From NCBI GenBank assembly GCA_035524355.1, contig DATKPA010000035.1:12425-76424 (forward strand): DNA of 64,000 nt. The letters are read 5' to 3'. Below, piece after piece: positions 59,149 through 64,000 of the stretch. Position numbers and translations under genes: made by a program. The DNA is from Phycisphaerae bacterium. GTDB lineage: Bacteria > Planctomycetota > Phycisphaerae > WQYP01. Position 1 is the stretch's first letter; every line of letters starts with the position of its first letter. Below the pieces are notes generated by a model. It did no database searches. It was not told the origin of the DNA and worked only from the letters and a program-made list of their open reading frames with translations.

Positions 59149-60084
59149 ATGAAAATTCTGATCACCGGCTCCTCAGGTCAAATCGGCACTAACCTGGCCC
59201 TTGTGCTTTCGCAGCGCGGCGATTCCGTCCTCGGCGTCGACAAACGCCCCAACACCTGGACCCGGAAATTCCCCACCGAAATCCACGACCTGACGAAGCC
59301 CATCTCTTCCGCGCCCACGGGCATCCGCAACTTCGCCCCCGACCTCATCGTCCACCTCGCCGCCTGGGCCAAGGTTCACCAGCTCGTCAAGGAACCGGAA
59401 AAATCCCTCGAAAACGTCAGCATGAGTTTCTGGGCGCTCGAACTTGCCCGTGCCACCGGCGCGCCCATCGTCTTTGGCTCCTCGCGCGAGGTCTACGGCG
59501 ACGTGCTCCGCCACGTCACCGACGAATCCATGGCCGACTTCGTCATCGCCGAGTCCCCCTATTCCGCCAGCAAAATCGCCGGCGAAGCCTTCTTCTCCAG
59601 CTACGCCCGCTGCTACGGAATCAAAACCCTCGTCTTCCGCTTCTCCAACGTCTACGGCCGATACGACAACGATCTCGCCCGCATGGAACGCGTCATCCCC
59701 CTCTTCGTCCGCAAAATCTCCCGCGGCGAACCCATCACCGTCTTCGGCCGCGACAAAATGCTCGACTTCACCTACATCGACGACTGCGTTTCGGGCGTCA
59801 TCGCCGGCATCGATGCCCTCCGCGCCGGCCGCGTCACCAACCAGACGATCAATCTTGCGTACGGGCAGGGCCAAACCCTCTACGATCTCGTCACGCTCAT
59901 CGAACTCGCCACCGGCAAGACCGCCGATGCCACTTACTCTGCCAGCCAGACCGGTGAAGTCACCCGCTACGTCGCCGACGTCTCGAAAGCCCGCCAACTC
60001 CTCGCCTATTCGCCCCAAACCCCGCTATCCCGCGGCATCGGCCTTTACGTGCAATGGTGCCGGGAGACTGGTTTCATCGGCTGA
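59149..60084 (+). CDS. NAD-dependent epimerase/dehydratase (extended SDR)
   Basis: 'MKILITGSSGQIG', 'HLAA', 'YSASK', 'RFSNVYG', 'DFTYIDD'. Confidence 0.92.
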   Translation: MKILITGSSGQIGTNLALVLSQRGDSVLGVDKRPNTWTRKFPTEIHDLTKPISSAPTGIRNFAPDLIVHLAAWAKVHQLVKEPEKSLENVSMSFWALELARATGAPIVFGSSREVYGDVLRHVTDESMADFVIAESPYSASKIAGEAFFSSYARCYGIKTLVFRFSNVYGRYDNDLARMERVIPLFVRKISRGEPITVFGRDKMLDFTYIDDCVSGVIAGIDALRAGRVTNQTINLAYGQGQTLYDLVTLIELATGKTADATYSASQTGEVTRYVADVSKARQLLAYSPQTPLSRGIGLYVQWCRETGFIG

Positions 60085-60223
60085 TGCCAATATCTGTTAA
60101 GTCGGCAAACGCGCGCCACAGACAGGTTGTCGGCCCGTATGAGTAGTGCCGTTCTCCGCACGACACGCCTTGTCCGGGAAGATACACTTGCTGGAGTTGT
60201 TCCGACGTGTTTCCGAGACCCTC

Positions 60224-61585
60224 ATGTCCGATCTCTTCGAGCCCATGCGAAAGAAAAACCGCGACGCCACCATGCCCCTCGCCGCGCGGATGCGGCCGCG
60301 CACGCTCGACGAATTCGCCGGCCAGACCCACATCCTCGGCCCCGGCAAGCTCCTCCGCCGCATGATCGAAGCCGACCGCCTCACCTCCCTGATCTTCTAC
60401 GGCCCGCCGGGCACCGGAAAAACCACCCTCGCCCACCTCATCGCCCTTCACACCAAATGCCACTTCGTCGAGATGAACGCCGCCGCCGTCGGGGTGAAGG
60501 AAGTCCGCGAAGTTCTCGCCGACGCCAAAGCCCGCCTCGGCGACACCGCCCAGCGGAGCGTCCTCTTCCTCGATGAAATCCACCGCTTCAACAAGGCCCA
60601 GCAGGACATCCTCCTCCCAGACGTCGAAATGGGCCAGATCATTCTCGTGGGTGCCACCACGGAAAATCCTTTCTTTTCCGTCAATTCCGCCTTGGTTTCC
60701 CGCTCCCAGATCTTCCAGTTCCAGTCCCTCACAGAAGCGGAAATACGCTCAATCATTTGGGCCGCATCGTCCGATAAGGAAAGAGGATATGGCAATCTGC
60801 CGCTCGACCTGAAACCCGAGGCCGTCGAGCACTGGGTCACCGTTTCCGACGGCGACGCCCGCCGTGGCCTCACCGCTCTGGAGATCGCAGTTCTCTCCGG
60901 CGGCAAACGGGAAAACAATGCCGGCGGTAGAATTGTCATCGATCTCGAAGTCGCCCAGGAGTCCATTCAGCGGAAGGCCGTCGTTTATGATGCCACCGGT
61001 GATCAGCATTACGATGCCGCCAGCGCTCTCATCAAGTCGATGCGCGGCAGCGATCCCGACGCCGCTCTCTATTGGCTGGCCCGCATGCTCCACGCCGGCG
61101 AGGACCCGCGATTCATCGCACGCCGCATCGCCATTCTCGCCAGCGAAGACATCGGCAATGCCGACCCCGCGGCACTTATTCTGGCAGGCGCCATGATCAA
61201 CGTCGTCGAACTCATCGGTATGCCCGAGGCCCAGCTCACACTGGCCCAGGCCGTCGCTTACATGGCCTGCTGCCCCAAGAGCAACGCCGCCACCATCGGC
61301 ATCAGCGAGGCCCTGGCGGATGTCGAGAACAACCGCACCATTCCCGTGCCACGACACCTGCGAGATGCCCACTACCAAGGCGCCAAGGAACTCGGCCACA
61401 CCGGATATAAGTACGCTCACGATTACCCCGAAGGCTACGCCCCCCAGGAATACCTGGGTGTCGAAAAGCATTACTACCGCCCCACCGATCGCGGAAAAGA
61501 GGCGGTGTTTAAGGCCTATCTCGATAAACTGGCTAAAATCCGGGCAGAGTACCCGCCGGGCAGCGAGGAAACGAGCAAGCCATGA
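60224..61585 (+). CDS. rarA: Replication-associated recombination protein A (MgsA)
   Basis: 'PLAARMRP', 'YGPPGTGKTT', 'FLDEIHRFNKAQQD', 'SMRGSDPDAALYWL', 'SEDIGNADP'. Confidence 0.96.
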   Translation: MSDLFEPMRKKNRDATMPLAARMRPRTLDEFAGQTHILGPGKLLRRMIEADRLTSLIFYGPPGTGKTTLAHLIALHTKCHFVEMNAAAVGVKEVREVLADAKARLGDTAQRSVLFLDEIHRFNKAQQDILLPDVEMGQIILVGATTENPFFSVNSALVSRSQIFQFQSLTEAEIRSIIWAASSDKERGYGNLPLDLKPEAVEHWVTVSDGDARRGLTALEIAVLSGGKRENNAGGRIVIDLEVAQESIQRKAVVYDATGDQHYDAASALIKSMRGSDPDAALYWLARMLHAGEDPRFIARRIAILASEDIGNADPAALILAGAMINVVELIGMPEAQLTLAQAVAYMACCPKSNAATIGISEALADVENNRTIPVPRHLRDAHYQGAKELGHTGYKYAHDYPEGYAPQEYLGVEKHYYRPTDRGKEAVFKAYLDKLAKIRAEYPPGSEETSKP

Positions 61586-62205
61586 GCAAAAACCTCATTC
61601 GCGCCAACATGAAAGAGTTTCTTGCCCGCATGACGCCCGAGGAGCGCCACGCCCGCTCGCTGGCCGCCTGCCACAACCTCATTACCACCCGGGAATTCAA
61701 GCAGGCCCAGATGATCATGATCTTTCTCTCGATGCCGATCGAAGTGGAAACCAGCACGCTCGCCGTCGAAGCCTGGCAGGAAGGGAAAAGCATTGCCGCG
61801 CCGCGCATCGACTGGAATACCAAGAAGATGGAACCCGTTGAGATCAAGAGCCTCGACGTCGGTCTGCAGACCAGGCCGGTCCTCGGGAACCAGACCCCAT
61901 CCGGCGCTCAAAGCATCCGCGAACCCGTCTCCGGCACCGTCGTGCCCCTCGCGCTCATCGACATGGTCGTCATCCCGGGCCTCGCCTTCGATCGCCGCGG
62001 ATACCGCGTCGGCCGCGGCCGCGGATTCTACGACCGTTTCCTCGCCCAGCAGGATTTCCAGGGCATCCGTGCCGCTCTCTGCTTCCATGAGCAATTGCAG
62101 ATTGATGCGCTTCCCTGCGAGCCGCACGATATCCCGATGAATTTGGTCGTCACCGATAAGGAAGTGGTCCGCTGCTCCAGCCACGGCGGACGCAACCACG
62201 GTTAG
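61582..62205 (+). CDS. ygfA: 5-formyltetrahydrofolate cyclo-ligase
   Basis: 'EVET', 'IREP', 'IPGLAFDRRGYRVGRGRGFYDR', 'EPHDIPM'. Confidence 0.92.
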   Translation: MSKNLIRANMKEFLARMTPEERHARSLAACHNLITTREFKQAQMIMIFLSMPIEVETSTLAVEAWQEGKSIAAPRIDWNTKKMEPVEIKSLDVGLQTRPVLGNQTPSGAQSIREPVSGTVVPLALIDMVVIPGLAFDRRGYRVGRGRGFYDRFLAQQDFQGIRAALCFHEQLQIDALPCEPHDIPMNLVVTDKEVVRCSSHGGRNHG

Positions 62206-62235
62206 CCCAATTCCTTGTCGTTCGAGCACCAGCAC

Positions 62236-63279
62236 ATGGCCCGATATGGACGTAACAAAAACTCTGGTTGGGGCGCCGTCTCCACGTGGACGATCCTCGC
62301 CCTGATCGCCGGCTGGGGGCTGTGGCAGCTCGCACAGTTCCGCCACACGCTCCTCGCGCAAACCGCGACGGCCCGCACGGAATCCGTGCCCCAGAACACC
62401 GCCGATTCGGACACCGACCCCGCCGCAACCGAGAGTGCCTCCCCCTCGCCGGCAGCCCCAGCCCCGCCGATTCAGGTCGCGCAGGCCAATGCCACGCCGG
62501 ATGATGATACCGTCGGCGACGGCAGCAGCGCCGTCGGCGGCAGCACCCCCTCCGTCGAGATCGACTCCGACCCGGAAGCCAACGTGCTCATCGCCCGCGG
62601 AATCGCCGACCTCGACGACGGCCGCATCATCGAGGGCCGCACCGCTCTCAATTCCGCCCTCGCAATCCTCGAAGACGCGCCCGCCAGCGACCCTCGTCCC
62701 GCCCGGCTGCGGCGGCAACTCACCGATCTGAACGAAGGCATTTTCCTGGGATCCGCGATCCTGCCTGAAGATGCCGCAGCACGTTACATCGATATCCACT
62801 ACGGCGATTCTTTCCTCAAGATTGGCCGACGTTATTCCATCTCCGCCGATTTTCTGCAAACGATCAATCCGACGCTTAACCCCCGAAATCTGAAGCCCGC
62901 CAGCGGGGTCAAGATTGTCGAAGGGCCGTTTCGCCTCAGGCTCGTCAAGCACAATCACCGGCTCGATTTGTTTGCCCGCGACTGGTACGTCCGCAGTTAC
63001 CCTGCCCAATTGGAAGTCGGAAATTACCTCCCTGCAGGCACTTACCGCATTCGTTCGGCGGGCAAAATCCGCGTCGGGGATCGCGTCTGGATCGGATTCG
63101 ATGGCGCCGACTCCGGCACGCGCGACATCTCCCTGGGGTGGATCTACGGTGATGCAGGCCCGCGCGCCGGCAACCCCGCCGACGACCGCTCCACCGGCTT
63201 GAAACTCGCAGACAACGACCTCGCGCAAGTCTACAATTTAGTCGTAGAGAACCGCTCCCTTCTCCACGTGGAACCCTGA
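62236..63279 (+). CDS. Membrane-anchored LysM plus degenerate L,D-transpeptidase (YkuD) domain protein
   Basis: N-terminal TM; LysM 'GDSFLKIGRRYSISADFLQTINP'; YkuD-like 'RLDLF..YVRSYP...PAGTYRI...WIGF'; catalytic H and C absent. Confidence 0.75.
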   Translation: MARYGRNKNSGWGAVSTWTILALIAGWGLWQLAQFRHTLLAQTATARTESVPQNTADSDTDPAATESASPSPAAPAPPIQVAQANATPDDDTVGDGSSAVGGSTPSVEIDSDPEANVLIARGIADLDDGRIIEGRTALNSALAILEDAPASDPRPARLRRQLTDLNEGIFLGSAILPEDAAARYIDIHYGDSFLKIGRRYSISADFLQTINPTLNPRNLKPASGVKIVEGPFRLRLVKHNHRLDLFARDWYVRSYPAQLEVGNYLPAGTYRIRSAGKIRVGDRVWIGFDGADSGTRDISLGWIYGDAGPRAGNPADDRSTGLKLADNDLAQVYNLVVENRSLLHVEP

Positions 63280-63329
63280 GCGCCACCTCGATTTACGTTT
63301 CGAGAGACCGTTTAATCTGGATTCGCCCG

Positions 63330-63806
63330 ATGGCCGTCAAAGTACAGTGCAGCCGATGCAATGCAACCCTCGAACTGGATGAGGGTTTCCGAGGGGGCGT
63401 TTGCCGCTGCGGGTGCGGGGCCCTGCTGCAGGTGCCGCGGTCTGCCACGGAAGGGGCGGCCAAGGTTCGCCCCGCCGGACCGCCGACTGCGCAGCAGCCC
63501 GCGCTTCGTCCCACTTCTGAGAGCGCCCAATCGACCCTTTCCGATCCCCGGAGCAACACCCTCAGCGGCATCTCGGGGTCCGGTTTGCCACGCCCAGTCC
63601 CCGTCGCACACTCCCCAAAAGCCAGGAGCTCCCGTTCGCGGAGCGGCAAAGGAGCACCCACTTCCCCCACTGCGCCGCCAGCTCCTCCGCCGACCAAAAC
63701 CTCCGCAACAAGCCGGCCCAAATCGTCACCCCGCCTGCCGCTTTTGATCGCACTGATGATCGCGGCCGTTCTTCTCGTCGTTGCAGCGGCCTACCTGCTG
63801 CGTTGA
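63330..63806 (+). CDS. Zn-ribbon / Pro-rich / C-terminal TM hypothetical protein
   Basis: 'VQCSRCNATL...CRCGCGALLQVP' and a hydrophobic C-terminus; a common planctomycete architecture. Confidence 0.65.
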   Translation: MAVKVQCSRCNATLELDEGFRGGVCRCGCGALLQVPRSATEGAAKVRPAGPPTAQQPALRPTSESAQSTLSDPRSNTLSGISGSGLPRPVPVAHSPKARSSRSRSGKGAPTSPTAPPAPPPTKTSATSRPKSSPRLPLLIALMIAAVLLVVAAAYLLR

Positions 63807-64000
63807 GTCCGTGCCGGCTCCGCGCCGTGACATCCCCGCCTCTTGCCCTTATCTTCAACGGCTTTCCGGATTATTCGTCGGAGCCTCCCCTCCCCCGTCT
63901 GTGGGCTCGGACTCCCATCGCAGTTCAAGCGGAGACCCTGGTGCTCTCAAATTCGTCCATCCTGTCGGCAACCCTGCTGCTTCCCGTCCTTGGCGGTTTG

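Noticed and set aside
61500-61600. 6S RNA expected upstream of ygfA
   Set aside because: rarA overlaps the ygfA start (ATGA), leaving no room.

Overview
A GC-rich, gene-dense bacterial window. It is most likely from a planctomycete (Phycisphaerae/Tepidisphaerales-like); this is inferred from an 'E-x-LE-x-R-x-LL' secreted-protein signature, the pilB-pilT-pilB layout and a SufS-SufE fusion. I found no rRNA, tRNA, CRISPR array or intact transposase. Core content: mlaFEDCA lipid-asymmetry operon, HU, RNase E, RecQ, an NPP-family phosphodiesterase, an MFS transporter, type IV pilus ATPases, a divergent Fe/Mn SOD, rpmI-rplT, a SUF Fe-S locus (iscA / sufB-hicA-hicB-sufC-sufD / GT41 / sufSE-sufT), trmL, rarA, ygfA and a LysM protein. 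A ~21.5 kb accessory block (24955-46463) carries a FixL-type heme-PAS two-component system, ppk2, SulP, an RND pump, lipoproteins, an arylsulfatase and duplicated DUF3300 modules with DUF2950. Best leads: (1) a hicAB toxin-antitoxin pair wedged into the suf operon and translationally coupled to it, downstream of a TGA-N9-TCA iron-box-like palindrome; (2) an rne frame extending ~100 codons upstream without ATG/GTG/TTG, with a candidate ATT start; (3) a decayed tandem duplication revealed by a 24-codon sulfatase C-terminal remnant; (4) an arylsulfatase with an inserted transmembrane hairpin; (5) a LysM L,D-transpeptidase lacking its catalytic His/Cys; (6) a HiPIP-like 4-Cys miniprotein; (7) small dispersed REP-like repeats; (8) kb-scale GC-skew blocks that ignore gene orientation. 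All family assignments come from reading motifs by eye; no database search was run.
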